Part shown: positions 8,857 through 16,581 of the stretch, piece by piece
Layout of the letters: each line of letters begins with the position of its first letter
How positions within the stretch are numbered: the first letter of the stretch is position 1
DNA from: a virus
Virus record (IMG/VR): IMGVR_UViG_3300002520_000024
Span: 1 to 64,000 of that record
Direction: 5' to 3' (one strand)
Length of the DNA: 64,000 bases
Notes under the pieces: model-generated
The model's input: the letters and a program-made list of their open reading frames with translations, nothing else
Told to the model about the DNA's origin: nothing
Databases searched by the model: none
Position numbers and translations under genes: made by a program

Positions 8857-9207
8857 TCAATGGTGGCGGCTGGGGTTGAATCCGTGGGCGGCTTGGTGCA
8901 GGTATCCGCTGACCAGGATCTTGATCGGGGCGGTAAGGTTCGATCCCTCCAGGTTCAACAGTGAGCGGGCAGCCACCAGGGCAGCACGGCAGCGGCGGCC
9001 ACTACTGCGAGCCACGGCAGGCAGCAGGGCGGCCACTCTCCAGCAACCTCTAACACTGAGGCGGCGGGCTTGTGCCCAGCCTGCCCGCAATGTATCCGCC
9101 CAGGTGGCGAACAAGGGGCGGCCACCAGCGGCCACCACGGCGCGATCCTTCTTCCAGATCGCTTGTGCAATGCGCATTGCATCAGGGCCGTAATTGTGTT
9201 TTTTCAT
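8857..9207 (-). CDS. hypothetical protein
   Basis: Internal ATG 9207 (MKKHNYG) preceded by AAGGAAA. The longer ORF version would run through the promoter. Confidence 0.6.
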   Translation of the reverse strand: MKKHNYGPDAMRIAQAIWKKDRAVVAAGGRPLFATWADTLRAGWAQARRLSVRGCWRVAALLPAVARSSGRRCRAALVAARSLLNLEGSNLTAPIKILVSGYLHQAAHGFNPSRHH

Positions 9208-9258
9208 GGTCTGATTTCCTTTTCTGCTTGGCATTATTGCCGGGTTACTACCGGGTAA

Positions 9259-9301
9259 ATAGTAGGTGACAAGGAATAAAAAAACCGTGAGCAGGGTCAC
9301 G
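9259..9301 (-). promoter_or_regulatory. class-II-type promoter with CRP-like dyad
   Basis: Dyad CGTGAGCAGGGTCACG at 9286-9301. -10 TACTAT (minus strand) at 9259-9264, 29 nt from the dyad centre. Confidence 0.6.
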
Positions 9302-9325
9302 GTTTTGATTATTACTGTTTAGGTG

Positions 9326-9787
9326 CTATACGCCGCTTTTTTGCAGCATAGACCGCGCTTTAAGCAAGGCCGCAATAATTGCCTCCTGCTCTGCGATATA
9401 TTCCATTATCCAGCCATCAAGGGCGCGGCATGCTTCATCAGCAAAGGCCGTTATTGCAGCCTTGCCAGCGTCCTCTAATATGTAGCCATGGCAAGAGGCA
9501 GCAGCCCCCAGGCTAGAAACCTCGAACTTGTCGAAGTGCAACCCTTTAATTGAGGTTGTCGGAATAGATGATCCGGCGTCAATATACCAATCATCCTTTA
9601 GGCTTTGTTTCATCTTGTAGGGGTATTTGTTCAGGCTACCATAAATAGCCAAGCCCCCTTTCTCCGCGCTCACTGTTACCGTGGGGTGTCCGTGTGATAG
9701 TCTGACCCGTGCGGTAACAGTAACCAGGCTTTTGCCATTGTTCGCAGCGATAAAGTCAATCGCCTCTTGCTTGCGTGAATCACTCAT
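9326..9787 (-). CDS. hypothetical protein
   Basis: 153-aa ORF. Conserved leader CAAGGAAAGAGGG. Confidence 0.7.
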   Translation of the reverse strand: MSDSRKQEAIDFIAANNGKSLVTVTARVRLSHGHPTVTVSAEKGGLAIYGSLNKYPYKMKQSLKDDWYIDAGSSIPTTSIKGLHFDKFEVSSLGAAASCHGYILEDAGKAAITAFADEACRALDGWIMEYIAEQEAIIAALLKARSMLQKSGV

Positions 9788-9823
9788 TTAATAACCCTCT
9801 TTCCTTGCGCTGTTGATAGGGTA

Positions 9824-9866
9824 AATATAGCCAAGGTCCAAATAAAAAACCGTGAGCAGTGTCACG
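9824..9866 (-). promoter_or_regulatory. class-II-type promoter with CRP-like dyad
   Basis: Dyad CGTGAGCAGTGTCACG at 9851-9866. -10 TATATT at 9824-9829, 29 nt from the centre. Confidence 0.65.
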
Positions 9867-9887
9867 GTTTTAATAAAGGCTTTTTAT

Positions 9888-10148
9888 TTAGGAGATCTGT
9901 TGGACTGTTATTTTAACAGTGCGTGATCCGCCCCAGCGCCCGACTACGTTAGCCGAAAATTCGACACCATCAGCAACGGGGGCCATGTTGCTAATACTGT
10001 AATTTTTGCCAAAGTTGGTACGGATTGCGCTATTGGCGGCGGCCAGGTGATCCAGGGGCTCCCCCTTCTCTTTGACGCTGACGGAAGCAGATCCACGGGG
10101 CGCACCGGATGCGGACAGATTCACGATCTTGACTACAAATTTTTTCAT
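9888..10148 (-). CDS. hypothetical protein
   Basis: 86-aa ORF. RBS AAGGAAG. Confidence 0.65.
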   Translation of the reverse strand: MKKFVVKIVNLSASGAPRGSASVSVKEKGEPLDHLAAANSAIRTNFGKNYSISNMAPVADGVEFSANVVGRWGGSRTVKITVQQIS

Positions 10149-10163
10149 TTTGCGGACTTCCTT

Positions 10164-10328
10164 TTATTGGGTAATTACGGCCACCAGGGCGGCGGCTTTG
10201 ACGTTCAACCAGTGCCCCAAAATCGGGGCACTCTTCCAGATTATCAGACCATAGGCGGCAATCAGTCCCACTTTCTTTGATCCGGTGATCAGCTTGGCCG
10301 CCTTGGTTGCCTTTTCATCTACAAACAC
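10164..10328 (-). CDS. possible small membrane protein (54 aa, GTG start)
   Basis: AGGTGG lies 5 nt before the GTG. Hydrophobic segment GLIAAYGLIIW...AAALVAVI. Fills the gap between two genes. Confidence 0.3.
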   Translation of the reverse strand: MFVDEKATKAAKLITGSKKVGLIAAYGLIIWKSAPILGHWLNVKAAALVAVITQ

Positions 10329-10338
10329 GGCTGCCACC

Positions 10339-11241
10339 TTAGAAAGTAAATGCCCAGTCTTTGGCCTTGGCGAACTTCTCCAGCTCTGCCCGCATATCCG
10401 CCACCAGGGCGGGGACGCGCTCGATCAACCCGTCTACGTCTTGCAGTTGTTCAAGGGTTGCATCAGGCCAGGCGGCACAACTACGGGCAGCGTCAAGATC
10501 CGGCGCCTTGCCCTTGCTGTAGTCGCTGGGGATCTTGGCAACCACTACCCCCCAGCGTTTAGCAGCGGCGGCGAACTCCCGCGCCTTGCTTTCTGAGTTA
10601 AAGGGCGCTTTGTGCCAGTCATACGGCGGCAAGGGATAGCCCTCGAAAGTGTAGCGGGTATAATCTCGCCCTTCTGATTTATGGGTTACCGGAACAACGG
10701 CCAGGCTAGGCCACTGATCAACAGGCTTATCATGCCAGGTCAAGACCCAGGCGCGAAAGCCATCAGATTCAGCGGACATTGTGATCGGGCAATCGTCAAA
10801 CACGAAGAAATGATCCCAGCTTGACGGCTCGCCAGCGCGGCGGCCCCAGCAATCCCGATCACCAGCGTGATAGATGGCATTGCCTACGGCGTGAGAGAAG
10901 ATAGAGCCCAAGCCGATAAGGTGGAACCGGATCAGCGGCGTAACCTCTGGGAACACTTTCATCAGAATTTCATGGATACAGCCACAAGTATCAGGATCGC
11001 TTTCCTTCATCATCTTGCCAGCAAGCCAGGCGCTACCCGTAATCCCCATTGAGTTATAGCCGTTTTTACAGTGGTCGTCCCAGCGGATAGTACAATCAAC
11101 GCGGCGGAAGGTTTCGCCTTTTACTTTAAAATGGCCGTCCTTGCGCAGAGTCAGGCTTTGGCTATTGGTGCGGGTGGACATAGCCAAAATATCAGCCTTG
11201 ATTTGATCAGCGCGGGCTTGCTGCTCTTGGGTAAATGCCAT
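10339..11241 (-). CDS. hypothetical protein (300 aa)
   Basis: Long ORF. Leader CAAGGAAAGAG. Confidence 0.75.
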   Translation of the reverse strand: MAFTQEQQARADQIKADILAMSTRTNSQSLTLRKDGHFKVKGETFRRVDCTIRWDDHCKNGYNSMGITGSAWLAGKMMKESDPDTCGCIHEILMKVFPEVTPLIRFHLIGLGSIFSHAVGNAIYHAGDRDCWGRRAGEPSSWDHFFVFDDCPITMSAESDGFRAWVLTWHDKPVDQWPSLAVVPVTHKSEGRDYTRYTFEGYPLPPYDWHKAPFNSESKAREFAAAAKRWGVVVAKIPSDYSKGKAPDLDAARSCAAWPDATLEQLQDVDGLIERVPALVADMRAELEKFAKAKDWAFTF

Positions 11242-11289
11242 GATATCTCTTTCCTTGTGTTAGCTGGGGCGGCTGCCCCAGTGGTTTAA

Positions 11290-11331
11290 ATATTACTCGA
11301 ACCAGGATTAAAAACAGTGATCAATGTCTCA
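11290..11331 (-). promoter_or_regulatory. class-II-type promoter with CRP-like dyad
   Basis: Dyad AGTGATCAATGTCTCA at 11316-11331. -10 TAATAT at 11290-11295, 28 nt from the centre. Confidence 0.55.
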
Positions 11332-11712
11332 CTCTTTGACTCTGGCTGTTACATAGATTTCTACAGTCTCAGGCAAATTATCAGCGCGGCCCTTGCGAAA
11401 GTTGTTAGCGTCATACTGAAAAGTAAATTCCAGGTCTTCGGCTGCCACTGGTGCATATTTACCAGATCCCAACTTCTGGACAAATAAACCCTTGTAATCC
11501 TCCAGTGGATAGCAGCGGCGTTTAATAAGGCTTTCACTGGGCACACCTTCCAGATAATAGGATCCATCGCCTGTGCCAAAATTGCTCGGGAAAATACCAT
11601 CTTGATCCCGTGCAAGGTATTCAAGGCTTACAGGTTCACCGACCAGTAACCGCCCCTCCCCTTCTATTGCCTGAAAAACCGCGTAAACTATTGCGCCTTT
11701 GTAAAGTTCCAT
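11329..11712 (-). CDS. hypothetical protein
   Basis: 127-aa ORF. Leader ACGGAAAGAGGG. Confidence 0.7.
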   Translation of the reverse strand: MELYKGAIVYAVFQAIEGEGRLLVGEPVSLEYLARDQDGIFPSNFGTGDGSYYLEGVPSESLIKRRCYPLEDYKGLFVQKLGSGKYAPVAAEDLEFTFQYDANNFRKGRADNLPETVEIYVTARVKE

Positions 11713-11750
11713 TGCTTGACCCTCTTTCCGTGTGGTGTATTGATACTTGC

Positions 11751-11792
11751 AGTATAGCGACCACTATTTAAATAACAGTGATCGCCGTCACA
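11751..11792 (-). promoter_or_regulatory. class-II-type promoter with CRP-like dyad
   Basis: Dyad AGTGATCGCCGTCACA at 11777-11792. -10 TATACT at 11751-11756, 28 nt from the centre. Confidence 0.6.
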
Positions 11793-11794
11793 AA

Positions 11795-12373
11795 TTAAAT
11801 AATCAGATCATGCTTGGTGCAGAAAGCCAAAATATCGGGGTTTTCGTGCAGGTATGCGCGGATCTGTTTGTAATAGTCGCCCTTCTTATATTGCGGGCTT
11901 TCTTCGGTTACAGCGAAATCACAGTATATCAGGTAAAGCAGGCTTGATATAACTTTCGGGTGCATATCATCAAAGCACTCGACAGATTCGCGGACTTGAT
12001 CCCACAGCTCCAGGGCAACGGCTTGCCGATCTGCCCCGACCATGACCGGATCCCATGGGGTATAATGGGCACGGTCGCCACAGGCGCCAGGCAGGCGGCT
12101 TGTGTTGAATTGCTGGACGGCGTGATCCGGTGCATAGTCGCACACATTAACCAGGATAGGCCTTGCCCCTTTTGCGTACAGCTCGCGGCCCAGGTGTTGC
12201 CCAATCACGCTGATAGCTTCAACGTGAGCCCCAAGGCCCGCCGCCTTGTCTTCTGCCCAGGCGGACGCTTGCCCAAGGCTATAGGCCAAGGCAATATAAA
12301 CCTCTGCCCGCCCGTTGCTATCGTGGCGGTGGACGGTCTTGTAATACTGGGGGATCTGGTATTCGGTTTTCAT
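11795..12373 (-). CDS. hypothetical protein
   Basis: ATG 12373 (MKTEYQ) preceded by CAAGGAAAGAGGG. Confidence 0.7.
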   Translation of the reverse strand: MKTEYQIPQYYKTVHRHDSNGRAEVYIALAYSLGQASAWAEDKAAGLGAHVEAISVIGQHLGRELYAKGARPILVNVCDYAPDHAVQQFNTSRLPGACGDRAHYTPWDPVMVGADRQAVALELWDQVRESVECFDDMHPKVISSLLYLIYCDFAVTEESPQYKKGDYYKQIRAYLHENPDILAFCTKHDLII

Positions 12374-12394
12374 GGTGTTGCCCTCTTTCCTTGC

Positions 12395-12423
12395 GGCGGC
12401 CCCGCCGGATATCGGGGGGCCTA
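12395..12423 (-). repeat. 29-nt GC-rich hairpin at the 5' end of a transcript (copy 1)
   Basis: GGCGGCCCCGCCGGATATCGGGGGGCCTA is identical to 14178-14206. It starts a few nt after the predicted TSS. Confidence 0.6.
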
Positions 12424-12432
12424 CTGGTGTTG

Positions 12433-12475
12433 ATACTGGCACAAGCCAGGGAATAAAACAGTGATCACTGTCTCA
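12433..12475 (-). promoter_or_regulatory. class-II-type promoter with CRP-like dyad
   Basis: Dyad AGTGATCACTGTCTCA at 12460-12475. -10 CAGTAT at 12433-12438, 29 nt from the centre. Confidence 0.5.
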
Positions 12476-12718
12476 CTTTTCAGCCTTGAAGTGATTCAGC
12501 GCGGATTCGAGCAGATCGGCCGCCTCCTGCTCTGTGCACACCAAGCGGTGATCCCATGCAAGGTGCAACAGGTCGGTGATCAGATCTTTGGTAGCATCGA
12601 TCTGGTCTTGGCGCGGCATGCTATCGGGCCAGCCCTTGGGGTTGCGCTTGGCATAGTGCATTTTCAAGGCTTCACGTGCCGCACGGGCGCGGGCTTGATT
12701 CTCGGTTTCGGTTGTCAT
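12473..12718 (-). CDS. hypothetical protein
   Basis: 81-aa ORF. Leader CAAGGAAAGAGG. Confidence 0.65.
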   Translation of the reverse strand: MTTETENQARARAAREALKMHYAKRNPKGWPDSMPRQDQIDATKDLITDLLHLAWDHRLVCTEQEAADLLESALNHFKAEK

Positions 12719-12752
12719 GTGGTGCCTCTTTCCTTGTGTTGTTGACGGGTTA

Positions 12753-12795
12753 AATGTAGCCCACGCCGTAGAAAATAACCGTGACGCCGGTCACA
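12753..12795 (-). promoter_or_regulatory. class-II-type promoter with CRP-like dyad
   Basis: Dyad CGTGACGCCGGTCACA at 12780-12795. -10 TACATT at 12753-12758, 29 nt from the centre. Confidence 0.65.
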
Positions 12796-13114
12796 TATTC
12801 AAAAGGTCGATTGCTTGTTTTTTCAGGTCAAGGCGGTGGCTGTGGCATACCCGCCCGATCTGCTTAATAGCCAACAGCTGGGCGGGGCAGCGTACCCCCA
12901 GGCACAAGGCCAGCAGAGCGGGGGAGCGCCACCATAAACGGGGGGCGGCCCCGTAGACCATAGACCCCCAGCGATCGCCTATCGGGTCGAAAACAATCGC
13001 ATTGCAGCCAAGGGGGGAAACCTGCCCGCTACTGTCAATAGACAGGTAACCCAGGGCAGGCCCCCCGCTTGGGGTGATATCGGGGATCACCATTGGCCCC
13101 CGCTTGGCTACCAT
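12791..13114 (-). CDS. hypothetical protein
   Basis: 107-aa ORF. Start uncertain: ATG 13114 or ATG 13093. Confidence 0.5.
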   Translation of the reverse strand: MVAKRGPMVIPDITPSGGPALGYLSIDSSGQVSPLGCNAIVFDPIGDRWGSMVYGAAPRLWWRSPALLALCLGVRCPAQLLAIKQIGRVCHSHRLDLKKQAIDLLNM

Positions 13115-13410
13115 CCCGTGTGCATGCCGTAAGCTGCCCAGGATGGCAGGCTATCCGGTAATGTGGCATTCTCCAGCCATTGGATCATGGCGGCCTTGGT
13201 GCGCTGCTCCCGTGGGATATTGCGGGGGGTTCGCCAGTAGGGGTAATCTTCATCCTGTCGCCAGTCGCCTGATTTTGGGGCAGCGACTACCATAAATTCG
13301 GCGCTGGCCTGTGATACGCTAAAATCAATGTCATCGTACTTTTCCCAAAGGCCGGACGTGTCCACGTCTTTGATCTGCTCTAATGCCTTCTCAAAATCAA
13401 CACAGCACAA
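13108..13410 (-). CDS. hypothetical protein
   Basis: 100-aa ORF with a TTG start. Overlaps the upstream gene. Confidence 0.5.
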   Translation of the reverse strand: MCCVDFEKALEQIKDVDTSGLWEKYDDIDFSVSQASAEFMVVAAPKSGDWRQDEDYPYWRTPRNIPREQRTKAAMIQWLENATLPDSLPSWAAYGMHTGW

Positions 13411-13903
13411 AAGGCGCCCGCCAGGCAGAGAAGGGGATAACCACTAACCCGATCAGGTACTCCAGCGGCGGGGCGCCGTTAAAGCAGATTGCGCCGTTTT
13501 GATCAGACCCATCATATGATTCGTCATACTCCCAGCCGCCGGATTCATCACCGATTATCTCGGATGGCACGTCAAAAATTAATACTACCTTGTGGCAGTC
13601 GCTCATAGAGTAGGCCGCCGCGATATCAGCGGATCCGAAAGCCTGCTTGATTGTATGGGCTAGGCTTTCGGCTCGCTGCTCTTCGGGGAGGTCATCTAGA
13701 TCCGCGTCCTCCTCTTCCCAGTCTGACGTATCAATGTGCCCGAACCGGATCAGCTCTTCTTCGCTCCAGGCGTAGAAATAACCATCATTATCGGGGCAGA
13801 GCCAGGGCGAGCCGCTGATCACGCTGCGCTTGTCTGCATCAGCCTTGGCGCTTGCGATGATAGCGGGGATCAGTTTGCTGGTGGTGCCATGAGTCAAGAT
13901 CAT
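13397..13903 (-). CDS. hypothetical acidic protein
   Basis: 168-aa ORF. Leader CAAGGAAAGAGAAA. Acidic run DWEEEDADLDDLPEE. Confidence 0.7.
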   Translation of the reverse strand: MILTHGTTSKLIPAIIASAKADADKRSVISGSPWLCPDNDGYFYAWSEEELIRFGHIDTSDWEEEDADLDDLPEEQRAESLAHTIKQAFGSADIAAAYSMSDCHKVVLIFDVPSEIIGDESGGWEYDESYDGSDQNGAICFNGAPPLEYLIGLVVIPFSAWRAPFVLC

Positions 13904-13930
13904 TTTCTCTTTCCTTGTGATCGTGGGTGA

Positions 13931-14161
13931 TTAGGGTTGTTCGGTGTGGGTTTTGCTTTCGGTGATCAGCATACCGATCACCCCAACCAGCAGGCAGAAG
14001 ATCGCTGTCGCGCCAGTCAGCGCCGCTTCCCCTGTGGTGATAAGCCCGAGATTGTTACCAAAGATAACCATCAGGGCAGCCACAGAGCCAACGGCAGCAC
14101 ATACGGCGCAAAATACAAACAGGGCATTGGTTGCGGGGTGGTTGTTGTTCGGCTTTTCCAT
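13931..14161 (-). CDS. small membrane protein (2 TM)
   Basis: ATG 14161 preceded by GGAGAA. Hydrophobic segments FVFCAVCAAVGSVAALMVIF and ATAIFCLLVGVIGMLI. Confidence 0.6.
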   Translation of the reverse strand: MEKPNNNHPATNALFVFCAVCAAVGSVAALMVIFGNNLGLITTGEAALTGATAIFCLLVGVIGMLITESKTHTEQP

Positions 14162-14177
14162 CTGTCTATTCTCCATT

Positions 14178-14206
14178 GGCGGCCCCGCCGGATATCGGGG
14201 GGCCTA
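14178..14206 (-). repeat. 29-nt GC-rich hairpin at the 5' end of a transcript (copy 2)
   Basis: Identical to 12395-12423. Confidence 0.6.
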
Positions 14207-14218
14207 GTTGATGGGGTA

Positions 14219-14261
14219 ACTATCGCACAGGTTTTACAGGTTGTCCGTGACAGCGATTACA
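14219..14261 (-). promoter_or_regulatory. class-II-type promoter with CRP-like dyad (inside the 3' end of the upstream gene)
   Basis: Dyad CGTGACAGCGATTACA at 14246-14261. -10 GATAGT at 14219-14224, 29 nt from the centre. Confidence 0.5.
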
Positions 14262-14884
14262 GAACTGTTTGGAGTGTTGACAGAGATTACCCCCCAGGTA
14301 TTGAGGCAACCAGCATCAGCCAGGGCCTTAGAGAAGGCGGCGGGGGTAAACAGTCTAGCCCGCCCGTTAGGCCCCTCTGTAGCCTCAATCTCTGCCAGGG
14401 CGTAGGAACTGGGGAAATTGACAGTCACACAGACTAGGCCATAAGGGCGGATAATCCGGCGGTCACTAGCCACCAAGAGATCGGATCCGCAATCGCTGAT
14501 ATCGTAGAGGTTTTCTAACAGCCGATTGAAGATGTCCTGTTTGCATTCTGCAAAGCAGAACCAGCAATCGATCGGCTTGCTACGGGCGCCAAGCTCCCGA
14601 TCCGCATAGACGGCCATCACTCCAACCTGACGGGCCATTGTGTAATATGTTTCTGCCAGCAATTCCAGGCAGTGGGCGGGCAGGTGCGCCAGCGGAAAGC
14701 CCTTTTCACCCTCAACCAGGGCGGAGATCTCCATGCCGTCCAGCTGGTTTTTCTTGATAGCGTCGAGGTTACGGTAAGCCAGGGCTTTGATGCGCTCGAT
14801 CATCAAAATGTGATCTTGCAGCTGGTCGATCGGCATGTTAGCCAGAATGTTAAAATGCGCTTGAGTATCTTTGATTTCGATCAT
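14234..14884 (-). CDS. hypothetical protein
   Basis: 216-aa ORF. Leader CAAGGAAAGAGG. Confidence 0.7.
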   Translation of the reverse strand: MIEIKDTQAHFNILANMPIDQLQDHILMIERIKALAYRNLDAIKKNQLDGMEISALVEGEKGFPLAHLPAHCLELLAETYYTMARQVGVMAVYADRELGARSKPIDCWFCFAECKQDIFNRLLENLYDISDCGSDLLVASDRRIIRPYGLVCVTVNFPSSYALAEIEATEGPNGRARLFTPAAFSKALADAGCLNTWGVISVNTPNSSVIAVTDNL

Positions 14885-14954
14885 GATAGTCGCCTCTTTC
14901 CTTGTGTTGAATCCCCGCCCAGTAGCGGGGGAGTTGTCTTATTCGTCTTCGCTT

Positions 14955-15458
14955 TTAGCTGTGGCGGGGGTACGCATCATTGAGAAAACCGATCATTGCC
15001 TCTTCGGCCTCCTCGTTATTCAGATCCATAGCGTCCAGCTCTTCCGGCGTATAGATGGCAATGGCGTAGCCCTGTTTTCTGATCTCACGGCTAAGGGCGA
15101 TCAGCGCATCGTACAAGGTAGGGTGATCATCAGCGCCACTTTCTGGGGCCTCATTGCTGGGGCAGTCGTCAGCAGGGCACTTGTCCAGGTATTCACCGGA
15201 GAAGACACGACCACACTGATCACAGTGGCAACCGTCAAAGCGGATCCAGCCCTTGGCGGTGATCTCTTTCAAAGCAGAAGTGAAACCGTTCACCCGCCAA
15301 AACTTGTTAACCTGCATCACCCCATCAGCATCAACCAGGGCCAGCGCCAGGGCTACGGGCTTTTCGCCCGCTTCGGTTTTTGGCGTGACGTGGCCCAGGT
15401 ATGCAACCTTCCCGTTTTTGATAAATCCGGTTTGCTCATTCTTAGGCTTGATGATCAT
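14955..15458 (-). CDS. hypothetical protein with Cys-rich ribbon
   Basis: ATG 15458 (MIIKPK) preceded by CAAGGAAAGAGAAA. CHCDQC...CPADDC motif. Confidence 0.7.
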   Translation of the reverse strand: MIIKPKNEQTGFIKNGKVAYLGHVTPKTEAGEKPVALALALVDADGVMQVNKFWRVNGFTSALKEITAKGWIRFDGCHCDQCGRVFSGEYLDKCPADDCPSNEAPESGADDHPTLYDALIALSREIRKQGYAIAIYTPEELDAMDLNNEEAEEAMIGFLNDAYPRHS

Positions 15459-15507
15459 TTTCTCTTTCCTTGGGTTAGGGGCTCGCCTCATTGCGGGCCA
15501 TGGTTAG

Positions 15508-15549
15508 ATAATAGCGGGGTCACAGAATAAAACAGCGACCCCGATCACA
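15508..15549 (-). promoter_or_regulatory. class-II-type promoter with CRP-like dyad
   Basis: Dyad AGCGACCCCGATCACA at 15534-15549. -10 TATTAT at 15508-15513, 28 nt from the centre. Confidence 0.6.
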
Positions 15550-15552
15550 CTT

Positions 15553-15912
15553 TTAAATATTCGCCAGGGCTTGGGCTAATGCCTTGCGCTGGTAGTCCGG
15601 CACAGCGGCGACAGCCTCCCCCATCGCATCAAGGAAATCATCAGGCAGGCCGTAGCCTGTTTCTGTCTTGTGCAGATAGGCCCAGGATCGGCAGAGCACA
15701 GAGCCAAAGTGATCCAGCACGTCCCGAACCAGGGCGGGGCGGGTGTGTTTATGCTCACTGGCAAAACCCAGCTCGCCCAGGTGTTGGAGCATAGCCCCCG
15801 CCGTTTGGTACTGGTAGGATTCGACAATATCCAGGTCAGCCGTCAGGCTCTCCAAAACCGAGCCCTCTACAACCTCGATCACCCAGTCGTAAACAATGCG
15901 CTTGGCCATCAT
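15553..15912 (-). CDS. hypothetical protein
   Basis: ATG 15912 overlaps the upstream stop (ATGA). Confidence 0.6.
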   Translation of the reverse strand: MMAKRIVYDWVIEVVEGSVLESLTADLDIVESYQYQTAGAMLQHLGELGFASEHKHTRPALVRDVLDHFGSVLCRSWAYLHKTETGYGLPDDFLDAMGEAVAAVPDYQRKALAQALANI

Positions 15913-16310
15913 TCGCCCCCTTGAGCCCGATAGTGATCCCCCAGGGTTTGAAGCATAGCGCGGGCGCCTGCTTTCCACTCCTCGCACTCTTGCTCATAGG
16001 GCACAGCCTCAACCTTGAAATAAACCTCTGCCCCCCTGTGGTTGTAGAGCGACACTAAATCAGCCGCTTCCTGTGCACCATAGCGGCGGGCTTTCATTGG
16101 CACGGGGTCGAAAGTGGTAGTGCCCCGCAACTTGACAAGGTAGCCGGATCGGTAGGCTTGCCCGACTGCATCGCTTGAGGTGTCAGGGTTCGCTATTACG
16201 CGGATCAAGTAACCGCGATCACCCTCGCCTAGCTCTTGATAGTGGTGCAGGGTAACGGCGGCTTGCAGGTTTTGCATGAGATCCGCCAAATACAGATCAA
16301 AGGCTTTCAT
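15909..16310 (-). CDS. hypothetical protein
   Basis: 133-aa ORF. Leader CAAGGAAAGAGAAG. First gene of the leftward cluster. Confidence 0.7.
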   Translation of the reverse strand: MKAFDLYLADLMQNLQAAVTLHHYQELGEGDRGYLIRVIANPDTSSDAVGQAYRSGYLVKLRGTTTFDPVPMKARRYGAQEAADLVSLYNHRGAEVYFKVEAVPYEQECEEWKAGARAMLQTLGDHYRAQGGE

Positions 16311-16341
16311 CTTCTCTTTCCTTGTTGGTTACTGTTGGGCC

Positions 16342-16384
16342 ACTATAGCGGCCATCTTTTAAAAAAACCGTGCTGGTTGTCACA
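16342..16384 (-). promoter_or_regulatory. class-II-type promoter with CRP-like dyad
   Basis: Dyad CGTGCTGGTTGTCACA at 16369-16384. -10 TATAGT at 16342-16347, 29 nt from the centre. Confidence 0.65.
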
Positions 16385-16395
16385 CTTTTCGATAA

Positions 16396-16440
16396 AGGCC
16401 TTTTTTTCAGAAAAAGAGCTGGTTTTTTCCACAAAAAAAA
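16396..16440. repeat. right copy of the ~45-bp imperfect direct repeat flanking the early cluster
   Basis: AGGCC-T7-CAG-A5-GAGCTGGTTTTTTCCACAAAAAAAA aligns with 7567-7613. Confidence 0.5.
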
Positions 16441-16581
16441 TTGCATGGCGGATCTAGGGATTCTCTCCTCTCCTCCCCCTCCCCCCATCCCCTGGCGCCC
16501 CCTCCCTGGCGTGGATTCGGGGGACTACCCAAGACAGGGGGCCAGCATCACCAGGATCGGCGAACTGGTCGGATCTCTGTT

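Noticed and set aside
9281-9306. AAAACCGTGA-N6-TCACGGTTTT units interpreted purely as intrinsic terminators
   Set aside because: The stems are only about 6 bp. The dyad is conserved at the sequence level and keeps a fixed distance to a -10 hexamer even where no T-run exists (e.g. 20943, 31750, 38266). A promoter or activator-site role explains more, although a dual terminator role is not excluded.
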